A stretch of DNA of 64,000 nucleotides from Antedon mediterranea (taxonomy: Eukaryota; Animalia; Echinodermata), in contig NC_092674.1 of the NCBI RefSeq assembly GCF_964355755.1, positions 11,656,001-11,720,000 of the forward strand, read 5' to 3'. A program made the translations under genes and the position numbers. Each line of letters starts with the position of its first letter. The stretch's first letter is position 1. A model generated the notes under the pieces. It was not told where the DNA came from. It saw only the letters and a list, made by a program, of their open reading frames with translations, and made no database searches. This document shows positions 36,501-49,878 of the stretch, one piece after another.

Positions 36501-39500
36501 AAGAAACAAAGATGACTATAAGGGTATTAAACTTCCAAATAATGAAAATAACATAGAAGCTAGAATAAGCCAATTAGCCGATGATACTGTTTTGTATGTT
36601 GGTAATGACAAAAGTATTAAGTCAGCAGTCAGTGTAATTGAACGTTTTTGTGAAGTATCTGGAATGACACTAAATAAAAAAAAAAACAATGCTTTTTGGA
36701 TTGGTAAATGGAAGAACAGAATAGATAGACCTTTAGAATTAAATTGGGTAAAACACCCGATCAAAATTTTAGGCATATATGTAGGGTATAATACAGAAGA
36801 ATGTACCAGAAAAAACTGGGATGTTAAATTAATAGAGCTAGAAAAGACTTTAAAACAATGGAATGCTAGAAATCGCTCAATTTTTGGTAGAATAATAATC
36901 CTGAAAAGTCTTGCACTATCTAAATTAACATATACTGCAAATATCACTGATGTTCCAAAATATGTATATACACAAGTTACAAATCTAATATATAATTTTA
37001 TTTTGAACAATAAAAGGGAAAAGATAAAAAGAAAAACTCTAATTGGTGATGTTGAGATGGGAGGCATTAAAATGCCCGATTTTACTCTTCATGTTAACGC
37101 ACTCATGTGTGGCTGGTTAAAAAGAATTATGAATGATGATGGTGCTAAATGGAAAAATATTCCAATGTATTATATTAAAAAAATATGTGATGTTAATGTT
37201 TTACTTAATATGTCATGTTATAACATTATTGATGTTAATTCTGATAAAATTCCACTGTTTTACAAAAATATGATAAAAGCCTACATAAATTATAACAGAA
37301 TCTCTAAAAAAAAACCTGAAACTTATAACGATATAATGAATGAGCAACTGTGGGGAAACCACTACGTTAAACTAAAAAAAAAAACGCTTTTCTACAAGCA
37401 TTGGATTGACAGTGGCATTATCAGTATTAAAGACATTGTTAATAAGAACACTTTTTTTAACATCAAACGAAATACTGGTAAAACTACAATGTAAAACAAA
37501 CTGGTTAAATGAGTATTTGTGCATTATTAAGGCAATACCAATTCAATGGAAACGTATTATTAAGGAGGTAGATATTTTCAATTGTGATGATAATGATGAA
37601 TTAGTTGGGACCAAGTATGAGATTAATACTACCAAACTAATATACTCATAATTTGTGAAAGAATATTTCATTATTCCAATGTCACAACTAAAATGGGAAG
37701 AGTACTTCAATGATAACAACATTGATTGGAAAACTTCTTGGTTACGGAAAGTATGTAAAATGAAAGATAAGAAACTAGCACAATTCAATTATAAGATGTT
37801 ACATAGAATACTGCCTACCAACAAACGGCTGTATCAGTGGAAAGTTAAGGAAACACAAACGTGTGACAAATGTGGAGAAATTGAAAATGAAAATCATTTG
37901 TTTTTTAGTTGTAGATTTATTCAGAAATATTGGAGGAAAATGCTTAGTATCTTTGTAAGTTTAAATCACAATAATATATCATTTAAACAATTAATACTAG
38001 GAACGGGAGATAAGCTAATAGATTATATTTACACTTTTGCAGCATTTACTATTTATAGAATATAAATGTTATCTGCACTAAATAAGCCAGTGGGTAAATC
38101 TTTATGGAATTCATTTAAAAGCAATATGTTATATAACATTGAATGTGAAACATATAACAATAAAGAAACAAGTATAGAAAAATGGGTAGCTTTAAGAAAT
38201 AAGATTATGATAATATAATTTCTAATTTGATACGATTAACCGAATTACAGTGATACGGGTTACTGGTGGTACTGAGCTATTATTGTTTTTTTTTATCATG
38301 TATATAAATATATTGTATAATCCGGGTTGTAAAATGAAAACAAACAAATGAAAATGTGTGAACTATTTTAAAACGGGATAGATGATAATGATGATCCTGT
38401 CAAGTGTATAACAAAATATAAGAAAATTAATGAAAAAAGGAGTAATACAGAATTCATATATGTAAAAATGTTACTTATGAACTGTAACGACATTTACAAG
38501 TTAAATAATATGATTTTATGTAATATGAGATAATATGAATGTGAATAAAAGTGGTGTTTGCGCCACAAAAGAGAAAAAAAAAACATGTATAATCAAATAA
38601 ATAAACCCCAGATAAAAAAAAAATTAATTAATATAATAAGAATAATAACTGGATTCAATCTCATTCCCTGGTGCAAGTACAATCATGTAATAAAATGTAT
38701 CAGAGACAACTATAATAGACCAATTCATTGTCATTATTCCGTAACACTGTTGCATAATATTTTTGAATGTTACCGACAAAACTTATACATAATATGTATA
38801 AGTTTTGTCGGTGTATATTATACACGTCTGTTCCCAGTGTAGATAATAAAACAATATATGTTTCTGGAGATTTATTATCAATACCACTAGAAACTTTGAC
38901 ATGTTTTAGGTACTGAAATGCATTGACAATAAAAGCATCAGAAGTTATCATAATAAAATCATACTACAACACTGTACTACAGTACACAAGGGTGTTTTCA
39001 GGAAAGCTGCACATATTGTACAATAGTAATGAAACTATGTATTGGCATTTAAAAATATGCAAAAGATTGTTGTCAAATTGTATTCACAAACAAACAGATG
39101 ATAGAATGAAGATCCATTATGAGTGCAATCGTGTCAGGATAATGATATGTCATTGTTTTATATCATTATACTGGCACCTGGAGGAGAAGATCCATTTAAT
39201 GTTATCTATGACAGTGTCACTTTTATTCTAAAAGACAGACACATTTTGTTAAAAAGCATAAAGAAGAAAACGAATCATGTAAAGTACCTTTTATCAGTTG
39301 AGAAACGAATTAAAATTATTAAAATTAGAGTATTTATTCGAATTAACACCCGCTTTGAATAAAAGCCTCCCTCAAATAAACGCCACCATTCCCTCCAATA
39401 GAACATCGTGTGGAATACGCCCGCCACATGCATTTACACAATAATTGTATCACAACACATTACATTAACTACCATCTATATATAAATTTACGTAAGGGCA

Positions 39501-42500
39501 AAATTCGGTAAATCGCGCCTTACTTTTAGAATTTTTACTCGATGGTATATAAAGTTGGTTCGTACTTTCGGTACTGATTTTAACCGCCTGATGTAACCCT
39601 GTTTACTAATTAAATTAAGTTAGATAATTAGTTATTGACGATTAAAACGAATTTAGGTTCAACGATTTGCCCCAAATAGGGGTGTTTTCCGATCGTGGTA
39701 TACACTCTCTAATGGATGTCCATCTTGAAAAATACCCGTCACAAAAATGCGAGGAGGCTTCGCATTTTCCTATCTCCTCCTACGATAATTGTTTTTAATA
39801 GCTGAAAACCGGTTGAACAGCTCGAGTACAGTATCATAATGTTGAAGACAGGCCGCTTTTCTTAAAAAAATACTATTTTGATACATGTCATATACGTTTT
39901 TACAAATGTATTGATTTGTGATGAATGGAACATTCCAAATTATTTGGTTTAACCATACAGGTATAGATTTAGATTTATGGGCCCCCTTGGAGAATAAACA
40001 TAAATAGTATTGCAATGCTGTACAATACTGTTATGGTATTAACCACTTTTGATCGCAATTTGAATCGCAAATTTCTTACTGTGTGAGTGTTGGTACTGTT
40101 AGATATAATATAAACAAATATACAAATAAACTTTATTACTGTGAGTGTGGGTAGGCCCTACTGTTAGATTATAAACATATAATATACAAATAAACAAACG
40201 TTATTACTGACAGTTGCTTCTCAACGTTTGTATTAATTAATAATTTAAAAATATATAAACGTCGTAGTGGTGTATCGTTACATGTACTTTACTATTTCAA
40301 TCGACTATGACAGTGAGAGTTTTAACAAAGTATTAAATCGTAAATGTTTTACTGTATTTAGTGGTATATTATTTATAGGCCTATAAAACATTAAAAACAA
40401 TATTTCGTTACTGAGTGGATAAGAATATATTTTAAAATGTTTCCTCTTTGTACCTATCTTCTTCCCCCATCCCTCAACCCTTAGACCTAATGTTACATAC
40501 AAAACACAAATTGGGTTTGTTTAAATGAGTCCAAATAAAAAAATTTGACTCATTTTGTTTCTCTCTCGGAAGTAATTCCCAGGGTGCTAATTTTGGTTGA
40601 CTACATAAATCATTGTGTATATTTATTCGTTTCTGTAAACGACAATGTATTATAGTCCTGCAGTACGTACATTTGAAATCTCCATTTTTTTCTCGCTGGA
40701 AATACTGTTATTCGAGAACCATCTGTGGGCACGACCTAGATGGTACGCGAGCGAATCGTGGTATACACTCTCTAATGGATGTCCATCTTGAAAAATACCC
40801 GTCACAAAAATGCGAGGAGGCTTCGCATTTTCCTATCTCCTCCTACGATAATTGTTTTTAATAGCTGAAAACCGGTTGAACAGCTCGAGTATAGTATCAT
40901 AATGTTGAAGACAGGCCGATTTTCTTAAAAAAATACTATTTTGATACATGTCATATACGTTTTTACAAATGTATTGATTTGTGATGAATGGAACATTCCA
41001 AATTATTTGGTTTAACCACACAGGTATAGATTTAGATTTATGGGCCCCCTTGGAGAATAAACATAAATAGTATTGCAATGCTGTACAATACTGTTATGGT
41101 ATTAACCACTTTTGATCGCAATTTGAATCGCAAATTTCTTACTGTGTGAGTGTTGGTACTGTTAGATATAATATAAACAAATATACAAATAAACTTTATT
41201 ACTGTGAGTGTGGGTAGGCCCTACTGTTAGATTATAAACATATAATATACAAATAAATAAACGTTATTACTGACAGTTGCTTCTCAACGTTTGTATTAAT
41301 TAATAATTTAAAAATATATAAACGTCGTAGTGGTGTATCGTTACATGTACTTTACTATTTCAATCGACTATGACAGTGAGAGTTTTAACAAAGTATTAAA
41401 TCGTAAATGTTTTACTGTATTTAGTGGTATATTATTTATAGGCCTATAAAACATTAAAAACAATATTTCGTTACTGAGTGGATAAGAATATATTTTAAAA
41501 TGTTTCCTCTTTGTACCTATCTTCTTCCCCCATCCCTCAACCCTTAGACCTAATGTTACATACAAAACACAAATTGGGTTTGTTTAAATAAGTCCAAATA
41601 AAAAAATTTGACTCATTTTGTTTCTCTCTCGGAAGTAATTCCAAGGGTGCTAATTTTGGTTGACTACATAAATCATTGTGTATATTTATTCGTTTCTGTA
41701 AACGACAATGTATTATAGTCCTGCAGTACGTACATTTGAAATCTCCATTTTTTTCTCGCTGGAAATACTGTGTATATTCGAGAACCATCTGTGGGCACGA
41801 CCTAGATGGTACGCGAGCGAAGCGAGCGTGCCATCTAGTAATCTACAATTTACCAAGCATTTTTTTCACTTTTTTATATTAATTGTGCTGTATTTTTTTT
41901 TTACATCTAGGTGGTATTTATGTGATTATACATATTACCATATTATACCCCAAATAAAGATGCCTCCCCTCCCCCTAAAAATCCTTCAGAACAATAAATG
42001 CCCGGGGCGTTTAATCGGATACACATGGCACTGCGTTACTTCTAGCATTCTGAAAAGAACTGTTGAGCTTGACGTTTCTATCAAAATGTTCTTGGGGACA
42101 GCAATAACTAGTACCTGAAATTGAAACAATTTAAAGTATCAGTTATTGCATAACATTACTGTCTAAGGATAAGTTATGTAGAGATATGTTTTTTGTTTGA
42201 AACATTAGTAATAGTATTTCTGTTCATCTTTTAACCACGTTTTCTATTACAATGAATGTAAATATGTATATTTCGAACAATTTGATACCAAATTTAAGTT
42301 TCTACGACCAGTACTTACAGAGATATGAAGATGCCATGATATGTGGGTCAAATGTCAGAAATGGCATTTCTGATAATTTTTGACTAAAATGCCCCATTAG
42401 AGTGAATATGAGAGCCTGCTGCCTTCTGAACATTTTGAGATTAAACAGAGGAGGGGGGGGGGGGGGGCTCACATAATAAAGTAATACCTTATTAGTAGCT

Positions 42501-42712
42501 AGACTGACATATCCAGGAAATTCCGGTTTTGATTCCAACGTTGGCTGTATTGATGCATTAAAATCTTTACGTAACATCGTTGTATTAATTGTAGTTATAC
42601 GTTTTCTGATGATAGATGTATCATGAAATAGAAAAAATACCGTCAACACACAGGAGTAGCTAATCAAAATCAGAAATACCGCTGGCTGGATTATTCTGGT
42701 AGAACTAATCAT
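27195..42712 (-). CDS. ST6GalNAc III-VI-like alpha-2,6-sialyltransferase (GT29), paralogue A, spliced, about 358 aa
   Basis: Exons 42712-42488 (signal anchor), 30792-30365 (L-sialylmotif [16 protein letters not shown]...[16 protein letters not shown]), 28231-28124 (S-motif [21 protein letters not shown]), 27510-27195 (PYHYYE; VS motif HLFFTEK). Phases consistent. The 5' end could use an upstream exon. Confidence 0.9.
27727..27886. mobile_element. PIF/Harbinger-like MITE
   Basis: TIRs AGCCTTGTCTACACTATCAAA / TTTGATAGTGTAGATAAAGCT with TTA on both flanks. Confidence 0.7.
28124..28231 (-). CDS. Sialyltransferase A S-motif exon
   Basis: 108 nt, [35 protein letters not shown]. Confidence 0.9.
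28384..29793 (+). mobile_element. Non-autonomous Helitron
   Basis: A|TCTATATATAAATTTACGTAAGGGC start, ends GGCACGACCTAG|T; homologous to 39475-41838 but lacks the terminal hairpin. Confidence 0.75.
30365..30792 (-). CDS. Sialyltransferase A L-motif exon
   Basis: 428 nt, AG..GT, L-sialylmotif. Confidence 0.93.
33068..34389 (+). pseudogene. Tx1 ORF1 (gag-like, two CCHC knuckles, acidic tail), one frameshift near 33385
   Basis: [49 protein letters not shown]. Confidence 0.88.
34455..38210 (+). pseudogene. Tx1 ORF2 (APE endonuclease, RT, C-terminal CCHC), disrupted
   Basis: TLNVRG, LLQETH, NIYAPN, RLDYWL, TDHQAV; [37 protein letters not shown]; CDKC..E...HLFFSC. Frameshifts near 35190 and 37455, stop at 38063. 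Confidence 0.92.
39475..41838 (+). mobile_element. Non-autonomous Helitron with 1063-bp internal tandem duplication
   Basis: Inserted between A and T (empty site preserved in inverse at 32545-32559), TC start, terminal hairpin CTAGATGGTACGC...GCGTGCCATCTAG; about 39693-40755 repeated at about 40756-41820. Confidence 0.88.
42488..42712 (-). CDS. Sialyltransferase A signal-anchor/stem exon
   Basis: [20 protein letters not shown] segment; ends [11 protein letters not shown]|GT, homologous to the paralogue B exon ending [11 protein letters not shown]|GT. Confidence 0.8.
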
Positions 42713-43837
42713 AGGCCTACATCAAATTAATGAGAAACGACATACGATTTTAAACCTTTTAATAGACAAATTCAACTCCATAATTGTTACTAAAGTTACT
42801 GTATTATCGTAATTGGCCTATAATGACAAATTGTTGAAAAAATGGACGAAGGCAGGATCCCAACAAGATGAAAATCTTGTGGCGGGATTGCCTTCACAAA
42901 TTAATAATTTATAATTGATAATATGAAAAAAAAAAAATAAATGAATTTATTAAAAATAATAAAATAAAAAAAATATATATCAGTAGATAATGTTGAAAAA
43001 ATAAAGTAAAAATTATGAACAGATATAAGAGTACAGCTGCAGAGGGTATAGTAACGAATACGATGATGAAATGAATACATTTATCTAGCACATTATATAA
43101 CACACCTGAGTGCATCCTATTTGTTATAGTTAATAGGCTTACATATCTATCACGTGTCATTCAAAATTATCTATGTGTGGTTTAAAAGTGATATTTAACT
43201 ATTATTTTACTATTGCACATCCGTCGTCAGCTTTTTGTGTACTCTGTGGTTCCAGATGCCAGACGCGTGACTGATTCGCGTTCGAAAAGCAACAAGCTGT
43301 GATTGTCGTCTTACCGAATCTGAGTATACTGCACCGCCTTTTGAAAACAGGTAATTGAATAAACATTGTTAGTGCATATGCGTATGTTATAAAACATTTT
43401 TGAATTTGTTGAATTCATTGAATTCGTTGCGAAAGATTGACTGTTAAGAACAATCAAAGTGATACTGTTTTACTAAACCTCGAAAAATTTAACCAGAGCG
43501 CTTCGCAGCTGCTCTGTGTCTTGATTTATCGAGTGCTAACAATGACGTTTGGAAACAGCAGAAATGCCATCCAAATCGATAGATTGCATTTGTAAACACT
43601 CTAATACATAATATTGACCTATGTTGAAATAGAGATCAGCAGTCACTTAGGCCTACATCAAGTTAATGTATATGGCCCAAAAATTTAATTTTTCATTGTT
43701 ATACGTTGACATTCCGGCACTCACGACATTCAGTGAAAACAAAGATAGGGGAACCGTACATTTATAGGTTCACATGGATTGTGCTGCAACTATGGACTTG
43801 TGAATTTACACACATACTTTTCAAGAGTTCTTAAAGT

Positions 43838-43925
43838 TCTGTCTACACTATCAAACTAAGTGTTCTGTGCCCATGAGCACAACACATTTTGTTGTCACTT
43901 AAAGTTTGATAGTGTAGACAAGGCT
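43838..43925. mobile_element. PIF/Harbinger-like MITE (short)
   Basis: TGTCTACACTATCAAAC ... GTTTGATAGTGTAGACA. Confidence 0.65.
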
Positions 43926-46900
43926 TCAGAGTTATCACAATTGTGTTTGTGTAAGAAAAAAAAATACGAAAGACACAACGAACACCACCAATTTAAGTGG
44001 TCGTAACATTAAAACGAAGAAAGTGATGTAAATTACAGATGTATATGATTTAGCAAGCAATTCCGGTGGTATAACAATACAAAGTGTATGCTGAGTACGT
44101 ACGTAAATGCATTAAATAAAAAACCTTTCGCAATTTAAAAAAAAAATAAATAAATAAAAAATAGTGGGAGGGGAGAGGGCACTCGAAATCCGCCTATGAC
44201 AGTATTTTGACAAAGCGTATTTTAAAAATGCAAAGTATAGCTTGTATATTTGAGGAAGTGTTGCATTTATAAGACAAGAAACTGGTGCTATTGTTATTTT
44301 ATCTAGACATAAGTACAGTGACACTTGCACAAACATAACACAAAGGTTTATTGTCCTAGATTGATTTCATTCTTCTCAGATAAAATAGATCACTCTGCTT
44401 GTTCAGTTGTGTCAACAATAGCAAGTATTACCCGACAAAATGAAATGAGAATGTCAACATCCGTGAAAAGTTAATTATGACATTAGAAAAAAGCCATAAA
44501 ATGCATCTAACTGAAAATAATTGTAAACAAAAAATATTTCTTACAAAAAACGCCGCTCGAAATTTTAAAATTAATCATTGTTCTTTTGATTAATTTATGA
44601 TTAATTATTAAAAAGATGTCCTTTAATCGTCAAGATACATACAAATCACAGATAGTTCTTTAATTATGAATCACATGTCCATTATGGCATTTTAAAATGG
44701 TCAATTTTGAACTTAAATGTGCTGTAGCGGCGCGAAAAAATTCCCAAAATAGTTGTAATAGTAATACTGTGGATTAGTTAAAATTGAAGAAAAATTACAC
44801 GCATCAAGCAGTGCTTTTATTAAGGGAATTCTTAAGCTAGTCTAGTGTGTTATTGGTGAATACGGCCACTGCTCGACTAGTTCAGATTGAGGCTACGCGC
44901 GTATCGAATACTAAAAAAACAAGGCCATGGCTGCAGTCGCGTGCTCAAGTTAGTGTTTACCGGCCAACCGACCAACCGACAGATCGACCAACCGACACAG
45001 TGAGCACACAACCGGCACACAACCGCCGCGTGGAGCGTCGTGGAAACGTAAGATTGAGATGCGATTGTATTTGCAGTTGTGAAAGACACTTTAATCGTGA
45101 AATATCCAAGCGTAGGCCTACTTTACGGAAGTGGCAAAAGTCGTCTTTCAGTCCTATGATGTGTAAATCAGGTTGATAGAGACAATGTATGGCATTGTGA
45201 CTTTTAAAATTATTATACCAATAACGTTTTGAAACTAAACAAAGTCATTTTAGCTTTTCATCTATTCGATTTATTCCTATTTTTTTTCTTATTTTAATTT
45301 GGTTAAAAATAGAAACGGAATGTCACATTATACTTACAAACATTGCATCTTTTTATCATACGTCGTCGACTAATAAAACGTGTGCGTCAATTATTGCAAG
45401 CCTATAAAATAACATATAGGTAACACTGTAAATATGCCAACGAAGGAACCTTTAATGGCATATATATGCAGATAACGGTATAGAAGAATACTCTCAATCC
45501 TTGTTTTGCGATATGAATTAACCATACTGTTATGTAAATTTATCTCCCGAAAAATCATCTCTAACCTTAACTTGTAAATAAAGATTAGCAAGAATTTACG
45601 GCATCAAATAGGCCTATACATTATATAATAGTGATTCCTTTACATGTTAGGAAAATGTCTAGAAATAATAATAATAATATCAAATGTTACCTTAAATAAA
45701 AATCATCTCAGGCTAGCTGTGACGAATTCTGTAATCTTTAACCGAATTTGATAATTTTTCGAAAATGTCCCTGTACTATGCTTTACATCCCTCTATACGT
45801 GTAATAATGATCCGCTTCAGTAAACTCACAGCAATTCAATACACGTGATTGATTCCAATGTATTTAATGTGTACAATCTAAAAAGCATGTACTATTGACC
45901 AATACATTACTTAGTCTTTGAATCGTATTTATAATCAAAAAAATTATAGGTCACAATAATGCCATCGAAATGTTCATTTTCCTAGTAGGCCTACTTTGAA
46001 AATAATTAATCTAAATATTGTAAGTAGCAAGATTGTGCGTTTGTACTGTAAAATATTTGTAGATCTATGGGCTCGTGGGCCAAAGATAAATGAATTCAGG
46101 CAGCATTGCCTAAAATGAATGATATTAATTAATTAGATATTCAGGAAGTACTTTAATCGCCAAACGAAATGCCATGTAAAATAATGACCGAATATTGTCG
46201 GCTACATAAGCCTACAATGAGCAGACAATGCAGAGCGCGTTTTATTGTTTCACAGCACTACATTTTCATATTCAATTAGCTATTATGCAGTATTATTATC
46301 AGTATTTCTAAATTGACTTTCCTAAAGAGAGATAAAAGCGAGAGGAACCTTCTGCTTGATATGCAGATGTCCTAACAATTACATCACTGTCATAATAATA
46401 AATATAGTGTGGATACTGGGTGGAAATAATACCTTTTTCAATAAGCAGTTAGAAAGGATACACACTGTTTCCATGGATTCTGATTCCGCTTCGCTAACCC
46501 ATGGGAAACTCGATTTAGGTGGGGTGTAACAGGAAGAGAACATTCCTCTTCGGATTTTAGACATCATTCGAAAAACATACTATTTGTCTACTCTGATATA
46601 ATAATAGACTAATCCTACCACATACATATAAATATAGCTATCGAAATTTCGACATAGTATTTTTGTTTTATTATATATTTAGACCGGACGCTCAGAAAGT
46701 TTATTCATGTAAAAAGCCACAAATGGTTTGATGGGATGATTATGTAGATATATGAGATTCAATAATCAATATTGCTGCCGGGGGATATCCTGTAAATTTT
46801 TCCTGGAGACACCAAATAGGATAGGAGGGATAGAAAATCGACTCTTAATAATGTGAAAAGTCACTCGGATAAAAGTTGTTGGACATTGTCCCCATATGTG

Positions 46901-47094
46901 TATACAATGTTAAAACATGACAGCAACTTTATCCTGTAAGTTGCCCGAGACAGTAGCCCAAAGTGACCACTAAAAATGGTGTTAATCATGTCAAGAGCCA
47001 CAAGGCTAATTCCTTTTGTATTGTAACTGTCACACATTATGGGATGCCCAAAAATACCATTGACAGCTACTTTATCCTGTAAGTTGCTAGACAC

Positions 47095-47960
47095 CTAAAC
47101 ACATTCCTGTCATTTGATTGGACGATTGTGGGTCACATGGCGTGCAATAGTACGCACTATTAAACGATCGTTTAATAGTACTTTTTAAAACGTTTTTGTG
47201 TACGAAAAAAAAACGTTTCGCGGATGAAAAAAAATCCCCTATACAAAAATTACTGTGAAATACAACAGCGCCACCTGTCGTCCTGCCTTTGTTGTAAACA
47301 CCACCGCGGGATATGCAACAGCAGCAGATTTTTGTGTACGATTTGGAGATATATATGTACTAATTTCATTAAAAAAGGCATTTAAATTAGCTTTAGATCG
47401 TTTTTAGGATTTTGATTAATTAATGGGGACATCCCTACAAGACGTGGAATTGTTGGAAAAACCTTAATTAGCCTAGATAAGTTCAAATTTTCTGTCGAAG
47501 TTTTGCTTTTCAGCCAAGCTAGTACAGTACTACTACTAGTAGTAACTACTAAGCGAGGCCTGTTAGGATTACGCGTTTTAGCCTTGCTAGGCCTAGGATT
47601 GTTTAGTCGTTTGTTGACATAATTAACACTAAAGTAGTTGTGTTTATAAAATCCATACATATATAACATTTAATATAATATTAAAAACCAAATGTTACTG
47701 TTTTAATCAATGTGAATGAAATTTAGGCCTCTCTACCTATATTTCATTCAAATGAGAGGAATCTATTTAGGCCTAGATGTTTTATAAAACAAATAATGAA
47801 TGTTTTATATTCGTGTAATGGTACAAATAATGGCATTTGGTGAATGATGAAAGGTTATATCAACTCGGCGTTGCCTCGTTGATATAACCTTTCATAATTC
47901 ACCTCATGCCATTATTTGTACCATTACACTCATAAACATTCATTATTTGTATAATATATA
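47095..47960. mobile_element. Probable non-autonomous element ending in a long hairpin (Crypton-like, tentative)
   Basis: About 170-bp imperfect palindrome 47783-47955 centred on CTCGGCGTTGCCTCG; left motif TGTCATTTGATTGGACGATTGTGGGTCACATG also at about 1165. Confidence 0.4.
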
Positions 47961-48152
47961 GAGAATCAAAACATATCGTAAAATTATTATACAAAAACAA
48001 ACTGAGATTATTCTGAGCACACACGCCAGAATCGTAACTAAACATATCGTAGAATGAATATACATAAACAAATTGTGATATAATTATTCTGAGCATACGC
48101 CAGAATCGTAACTAAACATATCGTAGAATTAATATACATAAACAAATTGTGA

Positions 48153-48330
48153 CTAGATGCTATACTCGCTCGCTCGCGTACCATCTAGGTCGTGTCCACA
48201 GATGGTTCTCGAATACACAGAAATGTCAACGTGAAAAAACTGGCGATTTCAAATGTATGTACCGCAGGACTATACATTGTCGTTTTCAGAAACGAACAAA
48301 TAGACACGATGATTAATGTAGTCAACTAAA
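48153..48330 (-). mobile_element. Helitron 3' end (same family as 39475)
   Basis: CTAGATGC..CTCGCTCGCTCGCGTACCATCTAGGTCGTGTCCACAGATGGTTCTCGAATA. Confidence 0.7.
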
Positions 48331-48999
48331 GCATGGATTAACGAATAGAAGGATATGCATCGACGTGAGATCAAGGGTTCCTTGACTCTCGCCGACAGAC
48401 CGCGGACCGCCCACAATGGAATGATGATGGGACAAAGAAGAAAAAGAAATTTATTCATTATTCGACATATTAAATCATTTAGGCAACTATGTTTTTTAAT
48501 CATTTATCTTGAAGGAGGACGGCCAATTTTAGGGTTAATCTGTGACACAATGTATCCCGTAATGCCGTATGTTTTCCCATAATTACCATATATCTATGCT
48601 GTAATTATAATTTCGTATAGCTCAATGTGTAACAGGGCATTGCGGTCAATGGTATTTTCGTATATCCCAAAGTCATGGGTAATATTTACAATGCAAACGG
48701 AACTAGCCGTGTGACTCTTTGAGTTATTAAATCTTGTAGAGGGAGAATTAAGAAGTTGGGATACTGTCTGGGGCAACTTACATTGTAAAGTTGTTGTCAT
48801 GAGTGTTCTCGTATATATCCTAATGCGTAACAGCTCCAACAAAAAATGACTTGTTTAATATTTATTTTTAGTGATTCACAAATATTTATTCACAATTACA
48901 TTTACAATATTTAATAGAGTATACCAAAGGAACCGAGCGCTTGTCAGTTTGGTAACCATTTAATGCATTTAAATGTATGGTACATACATTTAAGTCGAT

Positions 49000-49290
49000 T
49001 TAAGGACCCGACGTGGAAATAGGTATAAATTAAAGTTAAACTTGAGAAGAAATTCTTTTTCGTTTAGAGTTGTACTTTTGTGGAATGGTCTTTCTGACTA
49101 TGTTGTTTCAGCTAGTTCTTTAAATTTGTTTTAAAAAATCGACTAAATGAGGCTTGGGTAAACCATCCATTAAAATTCACACCGTTTGTACAATATGACA
49201 TGATAACCAGGATGGGCTTACAAGCAATATGCTTCGCCTCAATTTCCCTCTCTATTCATACGACTATGAGGGATTACAAGTAAACAAGTA
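49000..49290 (+). mobile_element. CR1 LINE 3' end
   Basis: RVVLLWNGLSDYVVSASSLNLF/KNRL signature and ACAAGTAA terminal repeats. Confidence 0.65.
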
Positions 49291-49836
49291 ATATAAACTC
49301 ACCTGGTGCTCCAGGTAATTTTTTATGCAAATTAGGCTTGCCTAGTATGCTGGCTTGGGCAGTAGACTGTTGTACACGACTAAAGCTTTTACGGAACACG
49401 CTCAATAATACTTTAGTAGAGGAAAATCAAGTAACAACCTAAAATGATCAGATATGTATGTTGTAGCCAACATTTTATCGCATGGAACGCCTTAGTCTGT
49501 GTCTGACTTTTCCACTAAATTCCAAGTTTCCTGGACTTTCTGCACTCACTCCTCAAAGCATATTGATCGAAACGTCAAGAAACACAACAGTTCTTTTTTT
49601 AGAGTAATATACGTGGTGTACCGAAAACTTTATAGCTACATTATTACTATTAGTGAATATAAGACTTGCTTGAAAAATTGGTAAGTAACTTTTGAATAAA
49701 GTGTTTATTATTGAGTTGTTAATCAATTTTTGATTTTCGGTTGGGGAGATTTTCATTCTCATTCACAGATTAATTTTTCTTATTAATAATGTATACATTA
49801 ATTTTATTTCCATCAGATTTGTCTCAGAACGTTGCA

Positions 49837-49878
49837 ATGTATTCCTATACCAATTCATGCTGTAAGCGTAACATTTTG
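49837..49878 (+). CDS. GAL3ST-like probable first coding exon
   Basis: ATG plus 13 codons ending in phase-0 GTAAGT; acceptor at 49816. Confidence 0.6.

Larger units (their letters stand above)
32847..38581 (+). mobile_element. Full-length Tx1/L1-clade LINE (mutated)
   Basis: 25-bp TSD AACATGTATAATCAAATAAATAAAC (32822-32846 / 38582-38606); ORF1 and ORF2; AATAAA, stem-loop and A-rich tail. Confidence 0.95.
31503..42446. mobile_element. Academ-like long-inverted-repeat element hosting the Tx1 and Helitron insertions (right terminus apparently lost)
   Basis: About 31985-32700 is the reverse complement of 41839-42446 plus 39325-39474; TGACCTTTGACC motifs related to the 18718-22905 element; left boundary TAG is tentative. 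Confidence 0.55.

Noticed and set aside
33988-37067. Antisense ORFs over the Tx1 element
   Set aside because: Shadows of the A-rich sense coding frames
39770-41882. Duplicated small genes
   Set aside because: Chance ORFs within the duplicated Helitron; no recognisable domain
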